IMG/VR virus record: IMGVR_UViG_3300028585_000514 | DNA from: a virus | Taxonomy: Duplodnaviria; Heunggongvirae; Uroviricota; Caudoviricetes | Strand: one strand, 5' to 3' | Length of the DNA: 64,000 bases | Part shown: in pieces, positions 18,797 through 28,023 of the stretch | Numbering within the stretch: position 1 is the first letter of the stretch | Layout of the letters: each line of letters starts with the position of its first letter | Notes under the pieces: model-generated | The model's database searches: none | Seen by the model: the letters and a program-made list of their open reading frames with translations, nothing else | What the model was told of the DNA's origin: nothing | Program-made: the position numbers and the translations under genes

Positions 18797-19291
18797 CTAT
18801 TCTATAACACGTGGCGCACTGCGGAGTGCACGCATCACCGCTTTTTCCAGCGCTTCGCAGCCGGCGTAGTCGTGGCGGAACCGCATATTCTCGTAGGTCT
18901 TCCGGATCGGCAGCATGACCTTTTCGATTTCAGAAATTCGACCTTCGTCCTTCTCGAGCTTGGCATTGCGCAAGGCAACATCGACCGCCTCAGTTTCAGA
19001 CTGCCAGATCATGCGATCTTCTTGATTCGGCCACAGCTTCTGGAACTCCGAACCTTCGAGATTACGAGCAGAACCCTTTTCGTTGAACGAAGCTCCGTGA
19101 TAGACGCCGCCGACATTCTTGTTCATCTTGGCACTCCACTTGTAGAGGCCTTTCTCGCCGAGCGTACCGTCATCGTTGACGTGCTGAATTTCGGCGAACT
19201 GTTGAAGTTTGCTGTTGGCGCGCTTGCCGAGGAACACGAAGTCGCGTGGGATGTAGCCGTCTTTGTCTGGGGTCGCAGTGGACATATTCAC
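18797..19291 (-). CDS. hypothetical protein
   Basis: A 164-aa ORF. Confidence 0.6.
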   Translation of the reverse strand: MNMSTATPDKDGYIPRDFVFLGKRANSKLQQFAEIQHVNDDGTLGEKGLYKWSAKMNKNVGGVYHGASFNEKGSARNLEGSEFQKLWPNQEDRMIWQSETEAVDVALRNAKLEKDEGRISEIEKVMLPIRKTYENMRFRHDYAGCEALEKAVMRALRSAPRVIE

Positions 19292-19294
19292 TCC

Positions 19295-19453
19295 TTACTG
19301 GTAGGACATCACGATTGCCGGACCGTGAACTTCTGGAACCAAGCTCTTGGCGCAGGCGGCGGCATCCTCGTACTTGGTGAAGCCCACCACCTCTTTGGTG
19401 ATGATCTTGCCGGAGTACAAACCGAGCAGCTTAAAAACCCATGGAGTGTTCAT
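19295..19453 (-). CDS. hypothetical small protein (52 aa)
   Basis: Not in the 60-aa-minimum track. Its ATG lies 30 nt downstream of a TGTACA-N17-TATAAT promoter. Confidence 0.4.
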   Translation of the reverse strand: MNTPWVFKLLGLYSGKIITKEVVGFTKYEDAAACAKSLVPEVHGPAIVMSYQ

Positions 19454-19482
19454 AGTGTTCACTTAATGTTTGTCGATGAAAG

Positions 19483-19511
19483 CATTATACACCGCAACTT
19501 TAAGCATGTAC
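19483..19511 (-). promoter_or_regulatory. promoter TGTACA-N17-TATAAT (P4) with the downstream box GCTTTCATCGACAA
   Basis: Upstream of mini-ORF 19295..19453. Confidence 0.55.
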
Positions 19512-19859
19512 ACTGCTTTCTTTAAAGATTTTAGCAGCGCGATGAATGAAGTGGCGGACGCTGGTTCCTTCGGAGTACCAGCCATTGCACCACAGTTCGA
19601 TCGAGGAATTGCGGGACAGGCGGAAGTCATGGCCTCGGAAGCGACCTTCATACTGAGGAGCCAGACGCAAGGCCTTGATGATCGCTTCAGCAAACTCGCT
19701 GTTTGCTTCGATGATCAGGATGCCAGTCTCCCCAGCATCGCTGCAGTCTTCCGCGCCAGAGATTTTCAGAGCTTGATCAACGATTGCATTCATGATTTGA
19801 TTCCATGTTTGTTTAACTTGAATAGAATTATATCCAGCATTCTTAAAGTTGTAAACCAT
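19500..19859 (-). CDS. hypothetical protein (start MVYNFK)
   Basis: The track start lies inside the upstream terminator hairpin, so I use the internal Met. Confidence 0.5.
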   Translation of the reverse strand: MVYNFKNAGYNSIQVKQTWNQIMNAIVDQALKISGAEDCSDAGETGILIIEANSEFAEAIIKALRLAPQYEGRFRGHDFRLSRNSSIELWCNGWYSEGTSVRHFIHRAAKIFKESSVHA

Positions 19860-19861
19860 TC

Positions 19862-19900
19862 GCGCAAAAAAAACCGCCATACTTTTACATATGGCGGTAA
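19862..19900 (-). terminator. Rho-independent terminator (CCGCCATA…TATGGCGG then T8 on the minus strand)
   Basis: Downstream of 19953..20330. Confidence 0.6.
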
Positions 19901-19952
19901 ACGGAAGCGATGCCTACCGGTAAGTAGCACCTTTCCCTGCGAAATCAGTAAA

Positions 19953-20330
19953 TCAAAGCAGCTTGAAGCCACCGAGGATGGACCATGACATGATTAATTC
20001 ATTTTCCTTGTAGATCGTGCAGTCAAAACCATTTTTGACAACGGCATCCCTCACTTGTTTGATATTATCAAACGACTCATCCAAGTAGTACTGGAAATTA
20101 GTCAAATGCACACGGTACTCGGCTTTCGAGAACTTTTCGAGACGGCACTTCTGTTCTTTTGCCAGAGCTTCGGCGCGATTGTAGCATGCATCGTACAGCT
20201 TGGCCGGCAGGTCAACATCGACTGTCGAGAAGCCAATATGGTCTTCACGGCCATCGGAGAACGTGTATTTGATCTCGACTACTGCACTGGTCGAATTGGA
20301 CGGCGCGTAGGTAGCGATAGCAGTGTTCAT
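19953..20330 (-). CDS. hypothetical protein
   Basis: A 125-aa ORF with a promoter at 20362-20390. Confidence 0.6.
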   Translation of the reverse strand: MNTAIATYAPSNSTSAVVEIKYTFSDGREDHIGFSTVDVDLPAKLYDACYNRAEALAKEQKCRLEKFSKAEYRVHLTNFQYYLDESFDNIKQVRDAVVKNGFDCTIYKENELIMSWSILGGFKLL

Positions 20331-20361
20331 GTTTGTTCTCCGATTGACTTAACGTAAAGCC

Positions 20362-20390
20362 ATTATACACAAACTTAAAGAATGTGTACA
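20362..20390 (-). promoter_or_regulatory. promoter TGTACA-N17-TATAAT (P5)
   Basis: Spacer CATTCTTTAAGTTTGTG. Upstream of 19953..20330. Confidence 0.55.
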
Positions 20391-20628
20391 ACTTTTTAGC
20401 GATACGAATATTGGTCTCTAGGCGTCGAGCAAACTATTGGAGAACTTGGATGATGTGGCCGTTGGAAGCCTTTGAACCACCAAGTCCTTTCCAAGCCACC
20501 GGAGTATGGACAGTCAGAAGGTTGTTTATTCGAGACTTTAGCTTGTGATCCTTCTTCAAGGCATTTCAAGCGGGTAGCTGCGTTGGCATCGGCCATGAAA
20601 CACTCCTATTAGATTTGGTGTGAGACGA

Positions 20629-21189
20629 TTATAAATTGGCTTTCCCTATGGCACTCTTTAAATGTGCTTCGAGTTCCATTTCATCCTCATCGGTCATCCC
20701 AATGTTTCCTTCCGTGATGTATACATTTTCATGGTTATCAGGAAATAAACTTTTGGAATCATCGATAGCAATCCAACCACCATCGTAGCTGTTGTCTTCC
20801 ATGAACTTCTGGCATTCTTTAAAGCGTTCATGCTTAACATATGGCGGCCACTTCTCCTGCACCTCCGGCGTCACACCAACAAATCGGTGCCGAACATCCG
20901 GTGCAAAGTAGCCAACCATTGTTTCCATCGTTTGATTGAATCGCCAACTGGTCGAGATGACAATACAAACTTCTGGGTTGTCGCGGAGGATGCGTTCGAT
21001 CCGATATGTGTATTGGAGCAAGCCAGCATGCCCTTTACCAAAGCCGTGAAGGACGCCATCAAAGTCCAGGAATAGGATGCACTTGTATTGTGCAAGAACA
21101 TCCTGAAGTCCTGTGAGAAGTGCCTTGACACGGATCGCTGGTTCGCCAGCAACCTTGATGCGAGGCTTATTGAATGTCGTCGTCTGCAT
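20629..21189 (-). CDS. HAD-superfamily hydrolase
   Basis: ILFLDFDGVLH is HAD motif I (DxDG). The start is uncertain; alternatives are 21213 or 21228. Confidence 0.6.
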   Translation of the reverse strand: MQTTTFNKPRIKVAGEPAIRVKALLTGLQDVLAQYKCILFLDFDGVLHGFGKGHAGLLQYTYRIERILRDNPEVCIVISTSWRFNQTMETMVGYFAPDVRHRFVGVTPEVQEKWPPYVKHERFKECQKFMEDNSYDGGWIAIDDSKSLFPDNHENVYITEGNIGMTDEDEMELEAHLKSAIGKANL

Positions 21190-21535
21190 AGAATTTGGTT
21201 CCATCGACGAGGTCGTACTCGCCGCCATAGTTGGTTGTCAACGTACCATCGGTATTGTAAATGCCAAGCTCAACTGCAAGGTTGAACGCATACTTCGGGT
21301 CCTTCATCGTTTGGTTGAAGAAGGTTTCGCCACCAATTTCCATGGCAACTGAGTTGATGTGCAGTAACTTGTAATCAACGCGACCTTTGTCTAGGTATTT
21401 GACGATGACTCTTGCTGCGCCATCTTCGCCATTAAAGGTGAGGTGGACAACGCCTTCGGTGTCTGGCTTATCACGAAGGGACGTTGGCTTACCTACGAAG
21501 TAAACCTTGTCGCCTGGATTGATTTTAATTTCCAC
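21167..21535 (-). CDS. hypothetical protein
   Basis: A 122-aa ORF. Confidence 0.55.
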   Translation of the reverse strand: MEIKINPGDKVYFVGKPTSLRDKPDTEGVVHLTFNGEDGAARVIVKYLDKGRVDYKLLHINSVAMEIGGETFFNQTMKDPKYAFNLAVELGIYNTDGTLTTNYGGEYDLVDGTKFYADDDIQ

Positions 21536-22049
21536 AGAACACCGAGTAAAGGTCGTTGTACTCGACGAACTCTTTGTCGCCTTGTTTCTTGCGAGTCACC
21601 TTGACGTTGTACTCGTCGCCTTCATTGTTCTGACGATGGTTATTGCAGTGCTTCGAGACGTATGCTCGCTTCACTGTTTCGCCAGTGGTCAAGTCCAAGA
21701 AGTCTGCATACACATGCTTTGGTGGGTCGATTCCAATCAACTGGATGCGATGCACCTCTTCAGCAAGGACAACGACGGGCAAAGGCTTGTTGGCTTCGCG
21801 TGCTTTCTCAGATTCGTAGAAGAAGTTCCCGACGGACCATGCGGTCATGAGGCCAAAGATGAGTGGTGCGGCGACAACGAAGAGGGCGTAGAAGATGCCA
21901 GCACCGCCTTCAGTGCTTTCATCCAAGAACACGTCGTGAATGAAGGCTGGGATACCCCACACCAGAAAGCCACCAAGAACACCGGCTAGGATAGTTCCAA
22001 TTGCGAAAAACATGAAGCCAAGGACGGCAATGACGAAGTCTGCGATCAT
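21525..22049 (-). CDS. hypothetical membrane protein
   Basis: Multiple transmembrane segments at the N-terminus. Confidence 0.6.
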   Translation of the reverse strand: MIADFVIAVLGFMFFAIGTILAGVLGGFLVWGIPAFIHDVFLDESTEGGAGIFYALFVVAAPLIFGLMTAWSVGNFFYESEKAREANKPLPVVVLAEEVHRIQLIGIDPPKHVYADFLDLTTGETVKRAYVSKHCNNHRQNNEGDEYNVKVTRKKQGDKEFVEYNDLYSVFCGN

Positions 22050-22444
22050 TCCATTCTCCCGAAAGTAATGTGAAAGTTATAGTTAGGATTGAGGCCGAGA
22101 CTCTGACGAATCTCTTCCAGTTTTTTGCTACGAACCGGAAGCGTCCAAAACTTCCAGTGTTGCTCCATGTCAACGGAGTATTCGAAGTCGATCACTTGCC
22201 CATGGAACTTCTTCCACATTGGGTGCTGATTGTCGTTCTTGACTTTGCCGTCCACGATAGTGATGTGCGGCAAGAATGCTGTGTTCTGGAGGATCAAGCC
22301 GTGGCGCTTGCGAACCCAGTACCGATACAATTCGGCAATACCTGGATCGACATTAGCCACGACCAAAGTACCAGGCCGAACCTTACGGAGGCCTGGCCGG
22401 TATGGATCATAGAACACCTTTGCAGTGGATTTGACCCATGTCAT
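22046..22444 (-). CDS. 2H phosphoesterase (LigT / 2'-5' RNA ligase-like)
   Basis: Two H-x-T motifs are present: PHITIVD and FHITFGR. Confidence 0.65.
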   Translation of the reverse strand: MTWVKSTAKVFYDPYRPGLRKVRPGTLVVANVDPGIAELYRYWVRKRHGLILQNTAFLPHITIVDGKVKNDNQHPMWKKFHGQVIDFEYSVDMEQHWKFWTLPVRSKKLEEIRQSLGLNPNYNFHITFGRME

Positions 22445-22446
22445 GA

Positions 22447-22935
22447 TTACTTCAAGAGCTTAAGCTCGCCTGTGATTTTATCAATGTCATCCGGATTCGC
22501 CGGACCGATCGCTGCGGTAGTGTACGTCTTCACACCTTTGAACACCGTATGACCGTTGTCCTGGATCAGAGCACACGGAATACCGAGGCCAGATGCCTTA
22601 GCGTACAGCACCAGCAGCTCTTCTTCTGAATGAACTTCGAGAATGATCTTGGTGAACTCACCATTTTTCCATTCCCACATGTCCGGGGTCATTGCGATCT
22701 TCAGCGAGCCGCCAGTTTGTGGTAGGCCAAACTTTGCTTGTGCTGCTTGCATCGCATTTTGTTCTTCACGATCGAAGAACACCTTCATTGATGCGTGAGC
22801 TACTTGTGAAGCAAGCTTACCGGGTTTCATACCGATGTCGGTGCGGACGAGGATGACTTGCTTTGGCTTTTTGTATTCGGGGATTGCTAATAGGTTAGTG
22901 TCCATGTTTTTCGTATTCTTTTCTTGCATGGTCAA
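22447..22935 (-). CDS. peptidyl-tRNA hydrolase, PTH2 type
   Basis: VILVRTDIGMKPGKLASQVAHAS matches the PTH2 signature [22 protein letters not shown]. Confidence 0.65.
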   Translation of the reverse strand: MTMQEKNTKNMDTNLLAIPEYKKPKQVILVRTDIGMKPGKLASQVAHASMKVFFDREEQNAMQAAQAKFGLPQTGGSLKIAMTPDMWEWKNGEFTKIILEVHSEEELLVLYAKASGLGIPCALIQDNGHTVFKGVKTYTTAAIGPANPDDIDKITGELKLLK

Positions 22936-23464
22936 GGTCTCCGACTATTGCTTTGGCCATGATGATGGTGCCGTCTTCTTCACTGTATTCAAAACGGCCT
23001 TTTAGCTTGGCTTTGTCCATGAAGAACACGACCTTCTGGAACTCCGAATTTAGCATGAATTCAAATGCACCATTGGGGCGTTCAAACACCACATTCGGAT
23101 CACTGAACTCAACAAACTTTAGTTCGTCGATGAACGCGTCATGTTTGGTGCTGCCTGGATACATTTGCTCTGATTTCTCGGCCCACTTGTTCAGCTTCTT
23201 CTGAATCATTTCAGCGAGCTGTTCTTCAGTAACGTCGTTTTGATGACGATGAATCAGGTCAATCAGACATACGATCATGTCGAGTGCTTCACCAATCACG
23301 CCATCTTTACCCGCTGGCTTGTAATGCTTGCCTGCTTGGATCAGAAGTTCTTGCGACAGTTCACCGAATTCTTCTCCGAGTTTGAAGAAGATATCGGATG
23401 GGGTACGGCTGTCCTTAATGCGCCTCGACATTGCGAGGCATCGGTTTACGAGTGTGTCGGTCAT
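22895..23464 (-). CDS. MazG-like nucleotide pyrophosphohydrolase domain protein
   Basis: An N-terminal LGEEFGELSQE…EALDMI pattern resembles MazG/NTP-PPase. Confidence 0.5.
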   Translation of the reverse strand: MTDTLVNRCLAMSRRIKDSRTPSDIFFKLGEEFGELSQELLIQAGKHYKPAGKDGVIGEALDMIVCLIDLIHRHQNDVTEEQLAEMIQKKLNKWAEKSEQMYPGSTKHDAFIDELKFVEFSDPNVVFERPNGAFEFMLNSEFQKVVFFMDKAKLKGRFEYSEEDGTIIMAKAIVGDLDHARKEYEKHGH

Positions 23465-23994
23465 TCTTTAGGCTCCATGATTTCCTGAATCCAGAACTTT
23501 GCGCCTTTCGACTTAAAGATCACCTCAGTGACATCGATGATGCGTTGTAGTTCATGCGTTTTGTTCTTGATCGATGCAGCCATTTTGTGGAGGCTGAGGC
23601 CTTCGACATTTGTGTATTCGCAGTCAACAACAAAGTCTTCTTGACCAAGGCCATTTCCGTTTTCTAGGAAATTGTAGAAGCCTTTAGAATTTTGAGAGCC
23701 CGACACATAGCGATTTGGCTCATGCTTCGAAATGAAGTCTTCAACCTTCTTGTGGTCAAGTGCGCTGCGCCAGCTATGGGTTTCGCCGTCATCATGCCTG
23801 AGTGCTTTTGCGTCCTCTTTAGTAATGGTAACTGCACGCCGAACGTCATCGCTGAACTTAAACTCTGGGTATTTCTTGATCAGCTCGTCGATCGTTTCTG
23901 GTTTGACCATTTCGTGATCGCGATACCATTTGGTCAGAAACGCGGTCAGTTCTGAATCATTGTCTGATTCTTGTAGAAGTTCGTGTACTTTCAT
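23461..23994 (-). CDS. hypothetical protein
   Basis: A 177-aa ORF. Confidence 0.55.
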   Translation of the reverse strand: MKVHELLQESDNDSELTAFLTKWYRDHEMVKPETIDELIKKYPEFKFSDDVRRAVTITKEDAKALRHDDGETHSWRSALDHKKVEDFISKHEPNRYVSGSQNSKGFYNFLENGNGLGQEDFVVDCEYTNVEGLSLHKMAASIKNKTHELQRIIDVTEVIFKSKGAKFWIQEIMEPKE

Positions 23995-24224
23995 GGGTTT
24001 GCTTCGCCGCAGATTTCATCCGACAGCTCATTCATCAGGTGGATATGCCGAAGCATCGTGCGCATCTCATCTTCAAGGAGTTCTTCTTCGGTGTAGTACG
24101 GACCACCGATCCCCTTTTGGACCTTGCGTGTCTTGTAAATGCCACTACGGATGCGAGCATCGTAATAAGTGACATAGGCTTGGCGCACAGCAAGCTGTGA
24201 CTGCAACGCTGCAATTCGGCTCAT
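23991..24224 (-). CDS. hypothetical protein (start MSRIAAL)
   Basis: The internal Met is preceded by AAAAATAAT. The track start is too far upstream. Confidence 0.55.
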   Translation of the reverse strand: MSRIAALQSQLAVRQAYVTYYDARIRSGIYKTRKVQKGIGGPYYTEEELLEDEMRTMLRHIHLMNELSDEICGEANP

Positions 24225-24351
24225 ATTATTTTTGGAAGTTGGAGAAGACAATTACAATAACGCAAATGATCGCAAGGATCAAGCCGCCAATGTAAATCAG
24301 TACGTGTTTCATTTATTATTTTTATGCGATATGAAATTGTACCACTCGGAA

Positions 24352-24615
24352 CTACAATGGGGTGAATCCGTACTCATTAATCCAGGACGCCAATTGCATG
24401 CAATTTGTGATTGCGTATTTCGGCTTGAGTTGTGCAGGAACATCAACCACGAAACCACATGCTGGATTTACCTTGCCGTGAGAACGAACCATCGTTTCTC
24501 TGATGTCGACCACTACGTCGTATGGAATCATGCAATACTCGAGGATCGCAAGAGTGCCGACGTGGTTGGGACAATCCGACATGTCTTCCTTTGATTGGTA
24601 GACAGTGAGCCGCAT
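24352..24615 (-). CDS. hypothetical protein
   Basis: An 87-aa ORF. Confidence 0.5.
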   Translation of the reverse strand: MRLTVYQSKEDMSDCPNHVGTLAILEYCMIPYDVVVDIRETMVRSHGKVNPACGFVVDVPAQLKPKYAITNCMQLASWINEYGFTPL

Positions 24616-24929
24616 TATGACATCGTTTTTACGGAGAAGACGAAGTAAGCTTCGTAGTTGTCACCGATGCTAGGCTTGTCGTATGCAACCGACCAACCGT
24701 TTGCGCGGTAGTGTGGTTCGATGTTCAGCATGCCACTTTTGAAGATGTCTTCCTTGGAGACATTCATCGTCTTCTGAATTTCCTCGATGACTTCACGTTG
24801 TGTGAAGCGAGCACGATGATTCGTGTAGTTACGAGTGATCAGAGTGTTGAAAGCTTCGATCACGAATGCAGGAGCCGCGTGCACAATGCCCGACTCCAAA
24901 TCTTTTGGAGTGATTGGTTTGACGTTCAT
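24615..24929 (-). CDS. hypothetical protein (start MNVKPIT)
   Basis: The internal Met is preceded by AAAAATAAT. Confidence 0.55.
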   Translation of the reverse strand: MNVKPITPKDLESGIVHAAPAFVIEAFNTLITRNYTNHRARFTQREVIEEIQKTMNVSKEDIFKSGMLNIEPHYRANGWSVAYDKPSIGDNYEAYFVFSVKTMS

Positions 24930-24930
24930 A

Positions 24931-25170
24931 TTATTTTTCTTGGTAGTGTGGTAGAACAACTCCTTGATACCAGACCTTGGAGTAATACGCTGGTTTGCCA
25001 TCTGGAGATTCACCCCAACAACGGCGAACACACTTTGCGTAGATTTTTTCCTTGCTGTCGATTCTGATGATCTTTATGATAATCATAGCGTCAAGCATAT
25101 TTGTAGCCGCGAGCGCTACGTATTGGCCTGGCGCCAATGGCGTACCAAGCATGTCGGTAACACCATCCAT
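24931..25170 (-). CDS. hypothetical protein (start MDGVTDM)
   Basis: It starts 1 nt after the stop of a 39-aa membrane mini-ORF (25172..25289) that itself carries the AAAAATAAT motif. Confidence 0.45.
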   Translation of the reverse strand: MDGVTDMLGTPLAPGQYVALAATNMLDAMIIIKIIRIDSKEKIYAKCVRRCWGESPDGKPAYYSKVWYQGVVLPHYQEK

Positions 25171-25298
25171 GTTACCAGAACTTCTGGATGAAGTGAACAG
25201 CAACGTAGATCGCGCCGCCTAATACACCGAAGCCAAGTACCATTGCGACGGCCCAAACGTAGACCATTCGCTCAAACATTTTACCCATAATTGCCTTA

Positions 25299-25859
25299 TT
25301 ATTTTTGTTGGTAGAAGACACCGAAGGTCGAATGATCTTCCGCGCTTATTGCAGCAGCCATCGCCTTGATGGTGTGGCCACTCATGATGAAGTCATCAAT
25401 CAGCAAAACCTTCTTGCTGACTTCGACTTCAACCTTCTCGAACAGATACGGAACATAGTCCTTACGTTTGTTCGATTTGATCTTGTTAATTTGAAATGTC
25501 GAGCCCATTTCATCCCAAGCACGTTGAGCACTTTCAAGGTCGAGTTTCTTCCAACCTTTGGTTTGGCGCACCAAAGAGCAAATCTCTTCTTTGCCACGCT
25601 TCTTCAACTCGATTGTATTTGGAATGCTGGATGTAATCTGACGCATGAATGGATACCGTGATTCCGGAAATACGACAACATCGTAATCCTTCGCCACTTG
25701 GTCCACTATTGCTTTGACCTCTGCAATGAAGGCATCAGCATTGACCATGTGATAGTCATGCTTACCTTTCAATGCAAAGTAAAGTGGTAAACTACAGAAT
25801 GATGCGTCAAACAGAAAGCTTACACTCTCCGCTTGACGCACTGATAAAGCTCTCGACAA
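25299..25859 (-). CDS. type I phosphoribosyltransferase-domain protein
   Basis: A PRPP-binding motif is present: VLLIDDFIMSGHT. Confidence 0.6.
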   Translation of the reverse strand: MSRALSVRQAESVSFLFDASFCSLPLYFALKGKHDYHMVNADAFIAEVKAIVDQVAKDYDVVVFPESRYPFMRQITSSIPNTIELKKRGKEEICSLVRQTKGWKKLDLESAQRAWDEMGSTFQINKIKSNKRKDYVPYLFEKVEVEVSKKVLLIDDFIMSGHTIKAMAAAISAEDHSTFGVFYQQK

Positions 25860-25870
25860 GTAGGTAAAAC

Positions 25871-26113
25871 TTACTTGTGTTTCTTTCGTATGTCCTCCAT
25901 ATCAGCTTTATCGACAGGCCACCCAATGATAACCCGTTGGCCAGATTTGGTCATGTAGATGCGATCACCGTCTTCACCTTCACCGGCAAGTTTCCATCGT
26001 TCGCCAGTCTGACGACATACACCGCCGTTCCAGCGATATCGATCGATGAGGTACCAGCCGCCTATAATGACCAGCCCGATAACTGCAAGCAGCAGAAGAA
26101 ATTCGAAGGACAT
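25871..26113 (-). CDS. small membrane protein
   Basis: An AAGGAAGG Shine-Dalgarno precedes the start, which overlaps the upstream stop as TAATG. Confidence 0.5.
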   Translation of the reverse strand: MSFEFLLLLAVIGLVIIGGWYLIDRYRWNGGVCRQTGERWKLAGEGEDGDRIYMTKSGQRVIIGWPVDKADMEDIRKKHK

Positions 26114-26784
26114 TATCCTTCCTTCGATTCGAACTGTGGTTCGACGTAGCCTCGGAACGTCAGGGAGATGCGAGGGCCACAAAGATAAGACGCCTTTGGA
26201 ATTCTATGAAGATGCGTGTCCTGCATCCCTGGCGCCATCAGGCAAAGGCTACCAGATTCCAGCCACAGCTTCTCGACCGTTTCGATGTGCGAGAAAGTAA
26301 CCGATTGTTCTTCGGTGACGATGCCTTCGGCTAGGCCACAGTTATCGCTGTGCTCTTCACCGACAGGACCAACGCAGTCTGGGCAACGTTCGTCTGGTGC
26401 ACGCTTGAAATAAATCTCGCGACGAGCACCTAGGCTGACGATTGCGATTGGACGTGCGTCGTCCATCTCTGGCGAATTGTCGGCGTGATAGCCGAGCTGA
26501 TCTTTGCCATCACGATAGCCATTCAAGAAGCAGACATCGAAGCGAACTCCGGTATGCTGCTCCAGCTTGGCACGAATTTCAGCGATGGCTGGATGATCTG
26601 GCTGCGACTCGTACGTGCGATCGTTCGGCGGCTTGCCGTAGGTATACGGGACACCGTGATCATTCACGTAGTATTCGAGACGTGGGCCTGCTACGTCGAG
26701 CCAGTTCAGCTCATTCCACAGCTTGTTGAACAGTTCTTCATGATTCTTGAAGAAGTCCGGCAAGTATGTTACCGGCGTTTTCAT
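26113..26784 (-). CDS. AlkB-like 2OG-Fe(II) dioxygenase
   Basis: YHADNSPEMD (HxD), a downstream His in LHRIPK, and RISLTFR (the RxSxTFR 2OG-binding motif). Confidence 0.65.
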   Translation of the reverse strand: MKTPVTYLPDFFKNHEELFNKLWNELNWLDVAGPRLEYYVNDHGVPYTYGKPPNDRTYESQPDHPAIAEIRAKLEQHTGVRFDVCFLNGYRDGKDQLGYHADNSPEMDDARPIAIVSLGARREIYFKRAPDERCPDCVGPVGEEHSDNCGLAEGIVTEEQSVTFSHIETVEKLWLESGSLCLMAPGMQDTHLHRIPKASYLCGPRISLTFRGYVEPQFESKEG

Positions 26785-27211
26785 TACACCTCCTTTGGTT
26801 TGAATTGTTTTATCAGAACAATCATTTTACACAAAGCAACGCAAAATGCTATATGTTTATTAGGATGATCGCTGAATTTCTCGATTATTATCGCAGGTGT
26901 TGGAGGTTCGTGAATACCCGCTTTGGTCACATACGAATGGCGTGCGCCAACGGAATTATTGTACCACTCAACATTAATATCGAGCTCCGAGATCAAGTCT
27001 TTAACTTTACCTTCGTAGATGTAACGAGGCACCAAGAACTCAGGCGGATGGAATCCGGCTTTCCCTGGAGGAACACCATACAGGATTGTTTGGTTGTGCC
27101 AGGCGGTAGACCACCCACCAAAATCAAGGTCACCATTAATGATGACCTCCGTCCAACCCAATGCCTCTGCAACTTGTTTTTCAAGTTCGAGGTATGGACG
27201 CATGTATGTCA
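26784..27211 (-). CDS. hypothetical protein
   Basis: An ATGA start/stop overlap with the upstream gene. Confidence 0.55.
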
Positions 27212-27574
27212 TTGGAAGAAACCTTGGTAGTAGCGCGCATCGTTGACGAGCCAGTCTTCGATCCACGAGGTGTCAGGCAGAGCCATCTTGACCATGGCGA
27301 AGCGGCCGATGTTGAACGGTGCGCCTTCTTTGCAGACCATGATCAGGTCGCAGCGACCACCTTCACTGCGACGAAGTGGGGTAGTAGTCGACATGATTTC
27401 GCTCCAGGCATCTTCAGGCTTGGTACCGGCTGGCAGAACACCAGCGGTGCACAGTTCTTCCGTGATCCAGTTGATAAAGCCATCACGGTTTTCCTGGGTG
27501 GTGAGGTCGCAGCCGCGCATCACGATGCCGAGGACATTCTGGATTTCGTTGAACTTCTTGAAGGAGATTTCCAT
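27208..27574 (-). CDS. hypothetical protein (start MEISFKK)
   Basis: An AAAGGAATCGAC-ATG ribosome-binding site, with a promoter at 27608-27636. Confidence 0.55.
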
Positions 27575-27607
27575 GTCGATTCCTTTAAAGCGGTAGTTGA
27601 TGTAGCA

Positions 27608-27636
27608 ATTATACCTATGCTTTAAAGAAATGTACA
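27608..27636 (-). promoter_or_regulatory. promoter TGTACA-N17-TATAAT (P6)
   Basis: Spacer TTTCTTTAAAGCATAGG. Upstream of 27208..27574. Confidence 0.55.
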
Positions 27637-27642
27637 CTTATT

Positions 27643-27827
27643 TTATGAGTCGGCGGCACAGATGCTCACGACGCCAGAAATGATAGCGGTGACGATTGAA
27701 GCGAAGCCGAATGATGGGTTGACCTCGTTCGCGAAGATGAGGGCAGCGAGCCAGATGAAGAAGATTGTACCGAGTAGCCATTTGGCTGCTGGGTAATCAC
27801 TGAACCATTCTACGATTTTGTTTTTCA
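27643..27827 (-). CDS. small membrane protein; paralog of the next gene
   Basis: MKNKIVEWFSDYPAAKW… followed by a transmembrane segment. Confidence 0.45.
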
Positions 27828-28022
27828 TTACATGGACTCCGATGCTGCGACACAAAGAGCAACCACTGCGATCAGTAAGGTGATGCAGCCAGTAGCGACC
27901 ACATAACCTTCATACGCTCCCATTTGGCCAAGCAGAGCAGTGAAGTAAGAAAGGATCGCGACAAGCGCGAACCATTTCGGTGCGCGATACTCGGTGAAAA
28001 AGTTAATGATTTTATTTTTCAT
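27828..28022 (-). CDS. small membrane protein; paralog of the previous gene
   Basis: MKNKIINFFTEYRAPKW… followed by a transmembrane segment. The two form a tandem duplicate pair. Confidence 0.45.
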   Translation of the reverse strand: MKNKIINFFTEYRAPKWFALVAILSYFTALLGQMGAYEGYVVATGCITLLIAVVALCVAASESM

Positions 28023-28023
28023 G

